Assembly: GCA_002010065.2 (NCBI GenBank)
Contig: MTMD02000002.1
Coordinates: 512,001-576,000 of the forward strand
From: Candidatus Pyrohabitans jungbluthii
Lineage (GTDB): Archaea > Hydrothermarchaeota > Hydrothermarchaeia > Hydrothermarchaeales > BMS3B
DNA length: 64,000 nt
Direction of reading: 5' to 3'
Each line of letters begins with the position of its first letter. Within the stretch, counting starts at the first letter, position 1. The notes beneath the pieces were generated by a model, which searched no databases, had not been told where the DNA came from, and saw nothing but the letters and a program-made list of their open reading frames with translations. The translations under genes were made by a program, and so were the position numbers. Below are positions 18,838-30,700 of the stretch, one piece after another.

Positions 18838-21417
18838 TTGAATAAGCCCTATCTTTTCTCCCTGAGCTTTGCAGCGGGTGCATTGCTAATAGCCTCGGCA
18901 AGGAAGCTCTCCTTTGTATTGCCCTATGAGGATCTCTCTTTGGCTCTGCTTTTGTTCCTCACCGCCCTTGGCTTTTTGTGTGGCTACTACCCAGGCGGGA
19001 CGATTTCAAAAAGAGGCTTGGCGTTCCTTTTTTTTGCAGCCTCTGCAGCACCTCTGGCTCTTGCAAGTCTTCCCAGCTTTATCGCGGACGGTTACTTAGG
19101 CTTGCTTACGGTGCTCTTCTTCTCAGCCATAGTGGGAAAACTCTTCCGCTTGCATATCTTCTCTGGCTCAGATGCAGAGGCTGTGCTCTGGGGCATAGCC
19201 TTAGCCTTTCTTGCATCGCTCTTTCTTCTGCCAAAGCCGGGTTTGGATACTCTTCTCATATTCGCCTCCATCGCCCTTGCATCCTCAGGTGCGTACCTGC
19301 TGTACTCCGGCAGGTATGAGGATGTGAAATTTGAAAGAGCCAGTTTTTCAGCAGAGGCGATGTCTGCCTTCCTCGTTGCGATGCTTTTCTCAACCTTTGC
19401 ATTCTCTTATTCAAGGGCTGCGGCATGGCTCATCGGCTACACCGGCATTACCTTCTTAAGTGCAGGTGTGGCATTTTTTATTGCAATAGCCGCCGGATAT
19501 TTCCTCGCCGCAAGGAGGCTGGGTTCCCTATCCATAACTGTAGCCCTCTCCGTCCTTCCTGCGGCACTCTTCGTGAGCCTTTTAGCCTTGCCGTACTTAT
19601 CGTCTGCCTTCTCTGGAGGCTCGGTGCTTCGTCTTCTTCCCCTTTTCCTGCTATCCTCCCTCCCAGCCGGAGTGGCTTTCGGGATTCTGACGTGCTCAAT
19701 TCCGGAGAGAATCCCAGACTCGCGTTTTGTGGTTATCTCCCTTGCCCTTCCATTTGGTTTGCTTCTGGACCTGCTCTTAGCTTCGTTTTTGGGTACTAAA
19801 ACAGAATTCTTCTTTATTCCCCTTGCTGCTCTTTCTCTAGCCTTTTTCACCGCCTTTAAGCGAGCGGCGCTCGGCTCACGCAGCGTGGTCACCTTCCTTG
19901 CCCTGAGCCTCCTTGCCGGAGGGGGCGCAGGTATTGTAGCCAGCGACGCTTTTGCCCAGCCGCCCCAGTTAGCCTACCAGCACGAAAGCATGGGTGAGCT
20001 GCTCCAGGTTTTCAGGGAAGACGGAGTAACCAGCCTTAAGATAAATGGATATGAGGCTGCGAGTGATAGGGAGGCTCAGCGGGAAGCAGAAGCTTTCGCG
20101 GGATACGCTGCGATGTTTCTCCATGGTGGCGAGGCTGAGAAGGTGCTTATGCTTGGTATAGGCGGCGGCTTTGCTTTGCGGGCGGTGGAGTATTTTGATG
20201 TTGAAGAGATACATGCGGTAACCAGCGCCGCGCAGGCTGAGGCGGTGGCAGCTTTCTTCTCAGCAAAGAATGAGCTAGCCCTTGAGGATGAAAGGCTTTC
20301 CTTCAGAAAGGGAAGCGCCCTGAGATACCTCCTGCGCACTCCCGAAAGCTATGACGTAATCATCTCCCTGCCTCCCCCTCCTTGGAATTCTAACAACCCT
20401 GCCTACACCAGAGAGTTCTATCTCCTTGCAGCGCAGCATCTCAAGCAAGAGGGAGTCTTTGTCACGAGGCTTCGAAACCTTGAGTATGGGGAGGAGGAGT
20501 TCAAGGTTGCGATAAGAACCTTTATGGATATCTTTCCCCACTCCAGCATGTGGTATGCCGATGGTGATGTAATTCTCGTTGGAAGCGAGGCACCAATGAA
20601 TATAAACTACACGCACATTCGGAAGGTTATTGTTAACAGCCCAGCGAAGCCCGGTTACAGGACCCTATTTAAGGGTGCAACTTATACAGATTCAAACCTT
20701 GTGGATGAGTTCCTGAGCAATCTTTTAATGAGTGCCTCGGAGCTTTATGATTACTCCTATGAGGCGGAGGTAAATACCATATCATCGCCGGTACTTGAAT
20801 TTTCAACCGTGCGCAACCTTTATGTCAAGCCAAATAAAACGCTGGTGGGCAACGTACTCCTCTACAAACTTTCGAGGCAGGGAAATCCCCTTATCTACCC
20901 TGCCCTTGAGGGGCTCTACTCGCGGGATGGCTATAATATAAGGCTCCACTTCCTTAGCCTTGAGGCGAGCTTTGACGAGGACTGGAGTGAAGATTTTGTT
21001 GGCTACGTTTTCCGCTACCGGCCTTTAGCCACCCCTAAGGGTGTAAAGTACCTAAAGTCCTACACGAAGCGAGCCACTTTTGTGAGAGGCAATGAAAGCC
21101 TCAGATTCTACGCCTTCGAGTCCCGTGCATATTCCCTCAGCCGCGGTATGGCAACTCGGGAGGAGATACAGCAGGAGGTTAGGCAAATCCTTGAGGACAG
21201 ACTTTCCTTTCTGAACCAGAGGAAGACAAAGGAAAGTGTGGTTCTGGTTGGCGAGGAGGAGGGCATACTCATGCACGGCGCGCGGGAGGCTTCGCAGGAG
21301 AAGAGCATTCTTCTGGGGTGGTTCTGCAGAGAAAACAAGGAGATATACGTGGTGAGCTACGAGTATTCTGGGAAGGAAAAGCAGGTGATACCTGCAAGCA
21401 TTGCCTGCGTGCATTAA
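18838..21417 (+). CDS. Multi-TM protein fused to spermidine-synthase-like SAM-binding domain
   Basis: About 12 TM, then KVLMLGIGGG, YDVIIS, YTREFY; probable TTG start at 18838 after GGGGTGA. Confidence 0.75.
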   Translation: MNKPYLFSLSFAAGALLIASARKLSFVLPYEDLSLALLLFLTALGFLCGYYPGGTISKRGLAFLFFAASAAPLALASLPSFIADGYLGLLTVLFFSAIVGKLFRLHIFSGSDAEAVLWGIALAFLASLFLLPKPGLDTLLIFASIALASSGAYLLYSGRYEDVKFERASFSAEAMSAFLVAMLFSTFAFSYSRAAAWLIGYTGITFLSAGVAFFIAIAAGYFLAARRLGSLSITVALSVLPAALFVSLLALPYLSSAFSGGSVLRLLPLFLLSSLPAGVAFGILTCSIPERIPDSRFVVISLALPFGLLLDLLLASFLGTKTEFFFIPLAALSLAFFTAFKRAALGSRSVVTFLALSLLAGGGAGIVASDAFAQPPQLAYQHESMGELLQVFREDGVTSLKINGYEAASDREAQREAEAFAGYAAMFLHGGEAEKVLMLGIGGGFALRAVEYFDVEEIHAVTSAAQAEAVAAFFSAKNELALEDERLSFRKGSALRYLLRTPESYDVIISLPPPPWNSNNPAYTREFYLLAAQHLKQEGVFVTRLRNLEYGEEEFKVAIRTFMDIFPHSSMWYADGDVILVGSEAPMNINYTHIRKVIVNSPAKPGYRTLFKGATYTDSNLVDEFLSNLLMSASELYDYSYEAEVNTISSPVLEFSTVRNLYVKPNKTLVGNVLLYKLSRQGNPLIYPALEGLYSRDGYNIRLHFLSLEASFDEDWSEDFVGYVFRYRPLATPKGVKYLKSYTKRATFVRGNESLRFYAFESRAYSLSRGMATREEIQQEVRQILEDRLSFLNQRKTKESVVLVGEEEGILMHGAREASQEKSILLGWFCRENKEIYVVSYEYSGKEKQVIPASIACVH

Positions 21418-22806
21418 TTATTCTGCGAGGAGCTTGTCACCGAATAGTTTGCGGCTCTCCTCTCTTAGAAGCTTCCGGTGGCTTAGGTAAAGGAACTCTG
21501 CAGTATCGTCAGTTATAATCGGTGTGTCCTCCTCAACCTCAATGGGATAATGGGGTATGTAGAAGGGCTCGGGTGAGGCGTAAAGTATTGAGATGTCTTT
21601 TTGAGCAGGAAGCTGGGCATATACGTAGGGAAACACCTGCTTCAGAGTTTTGTAAACAGCCTTCGCCAGCTTTGCCCTGCGAGGATCTCCAGGAGTCACC
21701 ACCACAACCACGCCCTTTTCGCTTAGCTTGCCTTTCACATCCTCAAGGGCCTCTCTGCTTAAAAGATTAAAGGCGGGAGCAGAGAAGGTATCTATTACGA
21801 TAAGGTCGTACTTTTTCTGTGTACCCCTGATATAGCGTCTTCCGCTGTCTATGGTTACACTACCTGAGTAGCTGAAGTATTTTTTAGCGACCTCAGCTAA
21901 GCCTGCGTCAGCCTCAATCACATCAAGGGCTAAGCCTGCGTCTTGCAGGTTTCTCGCCAGGGTGCCACCCCCCAGGCCTATTAAAAGCCCTCGTTCCACA
22001 TCTGGAATCACATCCGTATATATTCTATTAGTATATTCAAAGCAGGAACCTCGGCTGGAGAGGTCCATGCAGGAGCGCACCTCCCCGTTGACCAGGAGGT
22101 AACGCTTTGCCTCCTGCTCAATCACCTTTATCTGTCCCACCGCACTTTCCTCCTCGTGGACTATCCGCGGGTCCTTCGCTGGCATTAAGTTGAAGGTGTA
22201 GTAGTTGTGGGCAACCAGAATAAAAAACAGGGCTACAGCAAGCTCAGCTTTTTTCATGGTAACATAACCAATAGCTGCAAGCACCATTAGCAAAATGGCA
22301 GAGAGTGTGAGTATGTGTGAAATATTTAGGGCAGGGAGGTAACCAATTACAATTGCAGCAGAGAGTGAGCCCACGCCAGCGATGCCCAAGAACCTTCCTG
22401 CAGCCTCACCCGCCTCTCCTTTGCTGAGCCTTATGCAGTAGGGCAAAACCATGGTGAGGAGGGTTATGGGCAGAGCGAAGAGGAGCAGAGAAGACATTAA
22501 AGCGCCTGCTCTAACTCCCAAAGGCGACGTCAGGAGAAGAACCTTTACCTTCACCAGAGGTATGAGCAGCACAAGTACGCCCGCCAGGAATACTATGAGG
22601 TAAAGCGCTCCCTCCCCGGGCAGGCGGCGGGCAAGCTTCCCTCCCACAAAGTAGCCTAGGGAGATTGAGGCCAGGGCTGCGTATAAAAAGGATGACCATA
22701 CATAAAGCGTAGCTCCATAGAAGGGTGCAAGTATGCGCATCCCCGCTATAGTGAGGGTTATTAGAACGGCGCCGGTGAAGAAGGCGGTAATGTAGAGTTT
22801 TTTCAT
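21418..22806 (-). CDS. Fused MFS-like/spermidine-synthase-like protein
   Basis: RILAPFYGATLYVWS, SLGYFVGG, LIGLGGGTL, YDLIVIDTF. Confidence 0.82.
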   Translation of the reverse strand: MKKLYITAFFTGAVLITLTIAGMRILAPFYGATLYVWSSFLYAALASISLGYFVGGKLARRLPGEGALYLIVFLAGVLVLLIPLVKVKVLLLTSPLGVRAGALMSSLLLFALPITLLTMVLPYCIRLSKGEAGEAAGRFLGIAGVGSLSAAIVIGYLPALNISHILTLSAILLMVLAAIGYVTMKKAELAVALFFILVAHNYYTFNLMPAKDPRIVHEEESAVGQIKVIEQEAKRYLLVNGEVRSCMDLSSRGSCFEYTNRIYTDVIPDVERGLLIGLGGGTLARNLQDAGLALDVIEADAGLAEVAKKYFSYSGSVTIDSGRRYIRGTQKKYDLIVIDTFSAPAFNLLSREALEDVKGKLSEKGVVVVVTPGDPRRAKLAKAVYKTLKQVFPYVYAQLPAQKDISILYASPEPFYIPHYPIEVEEDTPIITDDTAEFLYLSHRKLLREESRKLFGDKLLAE

Positions 22807-22859
22807 GACTTGGTTATTGCTATCGGAGTATTTAAAATTTCAAGTAAGCCACACGTTTT

Positions 22860-23218
22860 AACCGAATCTGAAGTTATAATGAGAGTCAACTCTGGGTCTT
22901 AGAGCAATGCTTAATGTTGCCTTTTGACACTACTAAGACTGTCGATGCTAAAGTACCTAATGGTGGCACGTACCTCCTACCAGCCGCCGCTCCTGAGCCA
23001 ATACTCGGGGTCCTGCATATACATTTCCGCTCTCCCACCCGTAATTGGTCCCATTATTATAGGGGGTGTAGTATTCAGAGAAACTCCAAGATTCGTTAAT
23101 ACCGGTCAGAAAGTCGTCTTGTAGCACCACAGTCTGCGCTTCGGCACTCACACACCCACCCAAAAACTGATAAAAACACAAGACATGCCAATGGAACTGG
23201 AATCAATGTGTTCCTCAT
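22860..23218 (-). pseudogene. Probable degraded gene for a secreted protein
   Basis: AGGAGGT RBS and ATG (MRNTLIPVPLACLVFLSV), frameshift into GCVSAEAQTVVLQDDFLTGINESWSF..., then further breaks. Confidence 0.35.
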
Positions 23219-23321
23219 ACTCAACCTCCTCCTTTTTCAATTTTTGTCATGACTAAAACCCAAGATTTTCCCTGAATCCCCATCTTTACCAACTCCAATT
23301 GTTAGTTAAAGTTTCTTTATA

Positions 23322-23343
23322 TTAAAGCTCGTTTAAAGCTCGT
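23322..23343. repeat. 11-bp perfect tandem repeat TTAAAGCTCGT x2 in the divergent promoter region
   Basis: Read directly at 23322-23332 and 23333-23343. Confidence 0.6.
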
Positions 23344-23539
23344 AAGGTGTATAAAAAGTTTACTACAGTTTGACAAAAATTTACATGGTAGAGAGGCGGT
23401 GCTACCTTAAAATAATTAGTAAATTTCTGGATCTTATAACGAGTCTTGAATATTCGTAAATTTTACTCGTCCAAGAAATCTATGGCTATGCCCTTAGAAA
23501 ATACCACTTAGCACCCAGTTAAATAATGGGGGGCTACAC

Positions 23540-23635
23540 CGAGAGAAAAACATTTAAAGGAGTTGGTACACACATACCACCACCCGGAGGTCGAGAAAAA
23601 TTTTAAGGCCGTGATAGAAAAGTTTATAAAAAAAA
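23540..23635 (+). promoter_or_regulatory. Several BRE/TATA-like elements upstream of the cytochrome locus
   Basis: GAGAAAAACATTTAAAGG, GAGAAAAATTTTAAGG, GAAAAGTTTATAAAA. Confidence 0.4.
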
Positions 23636-23691
23636 AGTTTAATAATATTTAATCATATTAGCAAAGTGTGTATAGGATAGGTGTGGGCCAC

Positions 23692-24693
23692 ATGTCGTTG
23701 TCATGGAATAAAGGCATTGTACTGATAGTGTTGCTTCTAAGCATCTCAGTGGTTTATGCAGCTGACCAGTTCTATTCGATTAAAGGTGGCCCCACTTACA
23801 ACGGCTCAAGCGATGGCTGGGTTATGGTTTGGGATGCAGGAGCAACTCAGGACAGCTACCTTAGAGTTGCCTTCTCTGTTAACCGCCCAGCCTACAAGCT
23901 TGGAAAGACTGTTTCGGTAATGATACGTACCGACGGCTATTACTCCAGAGACTCTGGCTGGTGGTATACAGAGGGTGGCGCAAGTGTTGATTATGTAAAG
24001 TTTTACTATCCGAACGGCACACTTATAAAGCAGCTCAGCGGTACCACTGGCAGCGACGGCGTGTGGAAGGACGACACCGCCTTAATGCTCACAAAAGACA
24101 TGCCCATGGGCACCTACAAGGTGGAGGCGAGCGTAACTAAAGGCACGACAACTGTGGGGGATGATGCTGGAGGCTACATGACCATCTACTTCGACGTCGG
24201 AGGAGAGCTTCACCTCACGGTTAATACAAATGCAAGCACAGATAGCAGAGGAAGGTTTGTAGCAGCAAACGGCTCGGTGGTTAGAATTTATGGGCAAATC
24301 CTTCAGCCCAATGGCGACGTGTTCAGCAGCACCACAGTACCTTCGGGAAGTGCTGTTACTGTAAGGCTTGGAATAGTTAAGCCCGACGAGAGCTATACAT
24401 ACATGACCCAAACAACAACCACTGGCGACTATTCCTTTGATGTTCTCCTTGACCAAGTGGGACATTACTTCTTTGTTGTTACCGCCAACTGCACAGTAGG
24501 CGGTCCGATTACTGGCATCAAGTACGTTGTATGTGAGGGAAGAAATCAGACAAATATTATTTCAACGGGAGAGTGGCCAGCGGCGGGGGGCTCCTTCGCA
24601 TCCTCTCCTCTCGCAATTAGCGTGGCGGTGATTCTTGCAATAATATCAGCTTACTACCCAGGGGGTATGCTGTATAGGCGGCTCAGGAAGTAA
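23692..24693 (+). CDS. Secreted Ig/MG2-like protein with C-terminal membrane anchor
   Basis: Signal peptide; RPAYKLGKTVSV...YPNG...GTTGSDG...GTYKVEA; C-terminal TM plus RRLRK. Confidence 0.75.
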   Translation: MSLSWNKGIVLIVLLLSISVVYAADQFYSIKGGPTYNGSSDGWVMVWDAGATQDSYLRVAFSVNRPAYKLGKTVSVMIRTDGYYSRDSGWWYTEGGASVDYVKFYYPNGTLIKQLSGTTGSDGVWKDDTALMLTKDMPMGTYKVEASVTKGTTTVGDDAGGYMTIYFDVGGELHLTVNTNASTDSRGRFVAANGSVVRIYGQILQPNGDVFSSTTVPSGSAVTVRLGIVKPDESYTYMTQTTTTGDYSFDVLLDQVGHYFFVVTANCTVGGPITGIKYVVCEGRNQTNIISTGEWPAAGGSFASSPLAISVAVILAIISAYYPGGMLYRRLRK

Positions 24694-24715
24694 TCACGGT
24701 AAGTGCAGAGGCAGC

Positions 24716-27700
24716 ATGAGAAGAGGGCTGGTGTTAGTCTTTACTTTAGCTGTGCTTTTCTCAGTTTCGCCTGTGCATGCCAAGGTTACAAACTGGAACG
24801 TCAACATAGAGTTCAGAGATACCGCCAACAATATAATAACAAGCATACAGCCCGGGCAGACCTTCTATGTGAACATAAGCGTCACCGCCTCCAGCGACAC
24901 CGGCGAAACCTATCCCATGGCGAAGCTGAGCATCCCCCCGGGCTTTACCATAATACCCAAAAAGATAAACGACGGCACCTACGACATTGAAGAACACAGC
25001 GTTCATTTTTACAGTCTTGAAGCAGATGGAGACTGGTATGTTACCGGCTCCAGCCTGGCAGATGGCACAAACTGGAACACAGGCTGGGTTGTTAAGGCTG
25101 ACGACTACTTAATTCCCGGGAAAAACTACACCTTCTTTATTGCGATGTATGACGAGGACACCACAGGCGGTACCAAAACGAGTTACTATGAAAACTTCCC
25201 TGCCTACTACCAAGGCTGGGGTAATAAGTTTTACAAGGATATTTACGTCCAGCCCACTATTTCCACCCTAACGGTAAGTGTGAACTCGACCACCTACGAC
25301 ATAGGTGGAGGCGTAACCGTAGAGGGCTTCAAGATAGGCGACACCGTGCTCATAAGCGGCACCACTGAACCTAACGCTAATGTAAACATTACTATTTGGA
25401 AGCCCCAGTACACCATTGGCGCAAAAATCACAACCACAGCGGATGGTAGTGGGAACTTCCAGGCAACCTACACCCTGACGGAAAACTGGGACAGGCGCGG
25501 TATATATACCGTTGAAGTGATAGCCTACAAGGCTCCCAACCTCATAGCAAGAACCAAAATAAACTTCTACGTTGGCGACAACATAGCTCAGAACGATAAA
25601 GCTTTCAGAAGCAAAAGGGTTTCCCCTCCTGACATAAGCTACTCCTGCGGCGATTGTCATACCGCCGTATTCTTCAACTACAGCGTTATGAGCCAGGCAG
25701 ACCAGATTAATCCTGGCAGTGAAGGGACACCTGATCCACATAAGGAGCATCCTTACCGCTCACCCCCAACAGAGAATTGCGACTGGATTCATTGGATTCA
25801 CGACCCTCTGCCGGAATTTAATGAAAGCAGACTGGCTTCCGGTGTGTTGTTAAAGCAGGATCGCGTTACTGCTGGAAGAAGCTACACACAGCCTGGAGAG
25901 ATTACCCACCTTGCCGAGTGGGAGAGGGATGATGACATACCTCCACCCTATGCGATTACCGAGTTTTATGCAGAGCCATTAAATTATCCTGACTCCGCTG
26001 GTGAGTGGACTGCTTGCAGTATGTGCCACCTGAATGTTCGTGGCTACTCTTACGTGAGGACTGACAACACTCTCACTTGCACACCAAAGGGCAACAACCG
26101 TCCGGGATGTCACGTTGTTGAGAGGGAGGGAACCCATAAATACACACCTTCCTGCCAGAACTGCCACGTTCCTTCGGGAAAGAGCTTGAAGGATGTTGAG
26201 CTTCCCAACTGCCTCAAGTGCCATGCTATTAAAAACTATTGGGAATATGGCGTAGGCACTTCCCACGCCACTGACAGTAGTGGCAGTGATATTACAGATG
26301 CTGTAATGGCAGATGATGAGAATGTTTTTAGATTGGATACTTCGGGGCAGTATGTTGAGGCAAATATCTCCGCTCCCTTCAGAGAGAAAGCCCTTCAGGT
26401 TATAAAAATCGGAGTGAACTGGAACGGCACAACCAGCGGAGGTGCGGGCAATCAGCAGATAGAGCTTCAGTACCTCGACGTAAATGGTATATGGCAGTCC
26501 GCAGGGTTATCTCCTGCTCGGACTACGCCTTTTGAAGCGACAGATTACTTCATTATTAAGAACACCTCAGACCCGAGCTTAACAAATCCCGCCGGGCTGA
26601 ATGAGCACGGTGAGATTGTGGTAAGGGTTGTATATCCAACCGATGGCAATTCTAAAGAATTTGCTGATATTGATTATATCTTCATGGACATTCTAGCGGA
26701 TGATTCAATTGCCCTCGAAGGTGCCCACGAGGGTGTGGAGTGCCTCAACTGCCACGGGCACAGCCACAACGCAACCAGGCAAATCTACTGTACCTCCTGC
26801 AAGGGTCAGAAGCTTGCCCCCGAGGGTGAGCACGTGTGGCAGAAGAAGAACGCCACCGGCGGGGATATAATAGAGGGGGTGAACACCTCCCTGTGGTGTA
26901 CAGAGTGCCACGGTGGATATGGGCACACCTCAATAACAAATACGCCTTCCTGCGCCAAGTGCCACAATCCGAGCGTTGCCAACAAGTCTTGGAAGCGGTA
27001 TTCTTATACCGAAATTCCGCCGTGGGGTCTGGACAACATCCATGGCAGAGCTAACCTCTTCTGCGAGGATTGTCACATTGATAATCACAACGTCACATTG
27101 CCCAGCTGCAACGCAGAGGGCTGCCATATCGCCAATATTTCTGATACTGTACCCAGCTCGGGCTACTACGCCACCTGGGACGACTCCACAAAGACTCACG
27201 ACCCGAGCCACAGCAGCGGTACAAACTATACCATAGAGATGCACGCATACAATGCCAGTGGTTGGTATGGCAAGAGTGACAAGAAATGGGGTGCCACCTG
27301 CGATGAGTGTCACAACAACCATACAAGTGAGGTTTACCTCAAGCTTGAGAACAAGTGGATAAATGCGAGCACCGATTCTATGGTACACTCCACCAACAGA
27401 AGTATAGCCGAGATGGTGCCCTACAATGAGAGTTATGCTTCCTACGATGCAAAGTGGTGTGTTGACTGCCATCAGGATAGAGGAAGCCACTATGGGTGGA
27501 GTTGTCTTGACTGCCACTATCGTGATGACGGCGACGACACGTTTAAGGAGCCTGCCTTCCACAGCGCTAAAATCGCAAAGTCTGGTGGGGGCGGCCCCAA
27601 CTGTATAGGTTGCCACGACATTGGAGGCAGCGCCACCCACATTATAAACGTCACCGCCTTAAATCTGAGCGTTCATGGCGGAATAGTTACCAATTCAAGT

Positions 27701-30700
27701 ACTTATTCCACGTATGGCTTGAATCAGAGCTGCTACGCGTGCCACACCAGTGATGGTCAGGCACCTGATGACATGGGCGACCGTTACAACAACCCGTGGA
27801 CATGTGTTGACTGCCATACCAGCGGAGGTGCAAAGGCTGGTGCCTATGGTGCGCCCATAGTTAGTGAGCACTATCGCAGTGGAGATAATATAACTGCTGT
27901 TGGTTATGCCAGCACCGACGTACTCAGCTGCCTTGCATGCCACCAGAATGCCACTGATGCCAGCCTGAGGGACTTCATGCTCATCCCTGCCAACGATCCA
28001 AATGAGGGTAGCTCCGTCTCAGATGTTGATGGAGATGGGATTAAGGGTGGCAACATAAGCTTCTACCACTATGGTAAGGATAACAGCTGGTTGAGAACAG
28101 GGCCTGGTGGCAGCACTTCCTGTCAGTTCTGCCATCAGAACAACAGCATCTTCACTGCAGTAATGAGCGATTCCACTCACAACAGCATGCAGAACCACAC
28201 TGACAATGCTGTTGTAGACTGTACTGACTGTCATGGTACTGGCTGGATACACAATGCATCGCTCACCAAGCCTGTGCTTACTGCGAGTGATGACAGCGTA
28301 TGTACAAGCTGTCATACAACCAAGAGCCGGCACAACAGCGCTGGCAACCGCGCCAATGCTGAGGAGGTAAAGTGTATTGCCTGCCACACTGGTGATGTAA
28401 ACACCTACCAGCCTAGAGACATCCACGGCATAAAGATTATTAACTCCTCGGGTGGTTATGAACAGTGGGGCACCTCTTCTCCAGCGACCTGTGTCACCTG
28501 CCACCAGAGCAACCTTGGTGGCAAATTTGCGAACGCTTCGCAGGTACCTTCACCGCTCAATCACAGCCAGGATCCCATTGCTGGGCAGAAGTGGAACAAG
28601 ACTTCGCAGGCTTACTGGACTCCTGGCGATGATCAGGAGGCGTGCAACTACTGCCATGGCGATTCCAGGCACGAGGCTAATGCACTGGGCAATGCCTCAG
28701 CTATAGAGGATTCGCTGAGCAGGAACGCCACTGACCTCAGCACCACCAGCTGGTGTGCTGGTTGCCACTACTCGGAGGCGAGCAACTACAACGGCACTGC
28801 CTTCTCGCCTCAGCCGCCCGAGATAATCACCTGGGGTGGCACAGCCAATGATGGCACAAGCTTCCAGAACCACAGCGGCTACCTCTCCAGTGGATACGAC
28901 GATAGTGTGTGCACCTCCTGCCACAGTGGTAGCACCTCTTCGACTGCGCTGTATCCGCACAACGTTTACGAGGGCGTCGCAGGCGGTCCCAACTGCATAA
29001 GCTGCCACGACATAGGTCAGAGTGGTGCTCCCAAGCACATCAACTTCACCGCTGTAAATTCAAGCGAGAATATTCACTTTAATCTGAACAATGCCACTCC
29101 TGTGAGTTATGATCCTGTTAACAGGATTTGCCTTGGCTGTCACAGCAGCGATGGAAGCGAGCCTGCGAGTGGACATCCCACAGGCTACAAGTCGCCTTAT
29201 ACCTGCGTAGACTGCCACGTTAACTCGCCACCTGCCCATGCAAGCAATGCTCCGCAGGTAAGGGAGCACTACCGCAATGGCAGCGAGGTGAAGGCGGTTA
29301 CGGACGCAGCCAGCGACGTGCTCAGCTGCATTGCGTGCCACCAGAACTCTACCACAGCAAATACAATGCTAATACCAGCCAACGATCCTGACTATGGCAG
29401 CTTTGATGCCGATGGAGACGGAGTTAGTGGCGGCAACATAAGCGCCTCTCACTATGGCAAGAAGCGCACTGATATTGTCAGTGGAGGCGTAACAAGCTGC
29501 GCCTACTGCCACCAGAACGCTGGAAGCGAGTTCGCTGGTGTGTTCAACAAGAGCGGTAATGCAGACATGCTTAACCATACTGACAACACCGTGGTAGACT
29601 GCACAGACAGTAACTGCCACTCCTCTGGCAGAATTCACGACTCTGCCTTAACCAAGCCGCCTACGATGTACAACAACACCTACTGTACCACATGCCACAC
29701 TGGCAAGGAGCTTCACGGCAGTAATACCATAACAGGAATAAGTCCACAGGGCAGCGGAGTCAACTGCTATGATTGCCATGCCGATGAAAACAAAGAGGTT
29801 GCTCCCATTCACGGCATAAGCTACATAAACACCACAGGCGGCTTCACAGTTTGGGATAACTCCAGTGCAGCCACCTGCAAGACCTGCCACCAGAGCAGCG
29901 TTGCTGATGCTGCTATAGGAGCAACTGCGCCCAAGATACGCTCACCGCTTCACCACAGCGATGATCCCATAGCCGGATGGAAGTGGAACGCCTCTGGGTA
30001 CTGGAATGACACCAACAGTGTTGAGTACGATGACTCCTGCTACTTCTGCCATGGCAGCGTGAAGCACAGCGCCAACGCCATGGGCTTAATAGTTACCAAC
30101 AACGTGACTGGGAGCAACTCCTACAACACCTCCAGCTTCGACACAAGCTACTGGTGCGCCAACTGCCACTACAGCAACAGCGCTGACAACTATGCAGGCG
30201 ACCTCTTCACGCCTAAAGTGGTTGAGATAACCTCCTGGCCAGTGAACTCAAGCGATGGGCAGCAGGAGTTTGTGAACCATACCAGTTACATCTCATCAGG
30301 TCATACTGATAGCGTTTGTAAGGGCTGCCACGGTGGCTTTGCACCTGAAACCACGGGCGACTTTGCCCACGACGTGGCTATAGGTGCAGCCGGCGGCCCC
30401 AACTGCATAAGCTGCCACGATATTGGCGCCAACCCAAGTGTAACCCACGTGATTAATGTCTCGGCCCTGCAGCAGGGTGTGCACGGCAATATTGATACCC
30501 CAGCGGATGACGCTACATATGGCTTGAATCAGAGCTGCTACGCGTGTCACACCAGTAATGGTCAGGCACCTCCAGAAGGAGATATGGGCGACCGGGCCTT
30601 TAACCCGTGGACATGTGTTGACTGCCATACCAGCGGAGGTGCAAAGGCTGGTGCCTATGGTGCGCCCATAGTTAGTGAGCACTATCGCAGTGGAGATAAT

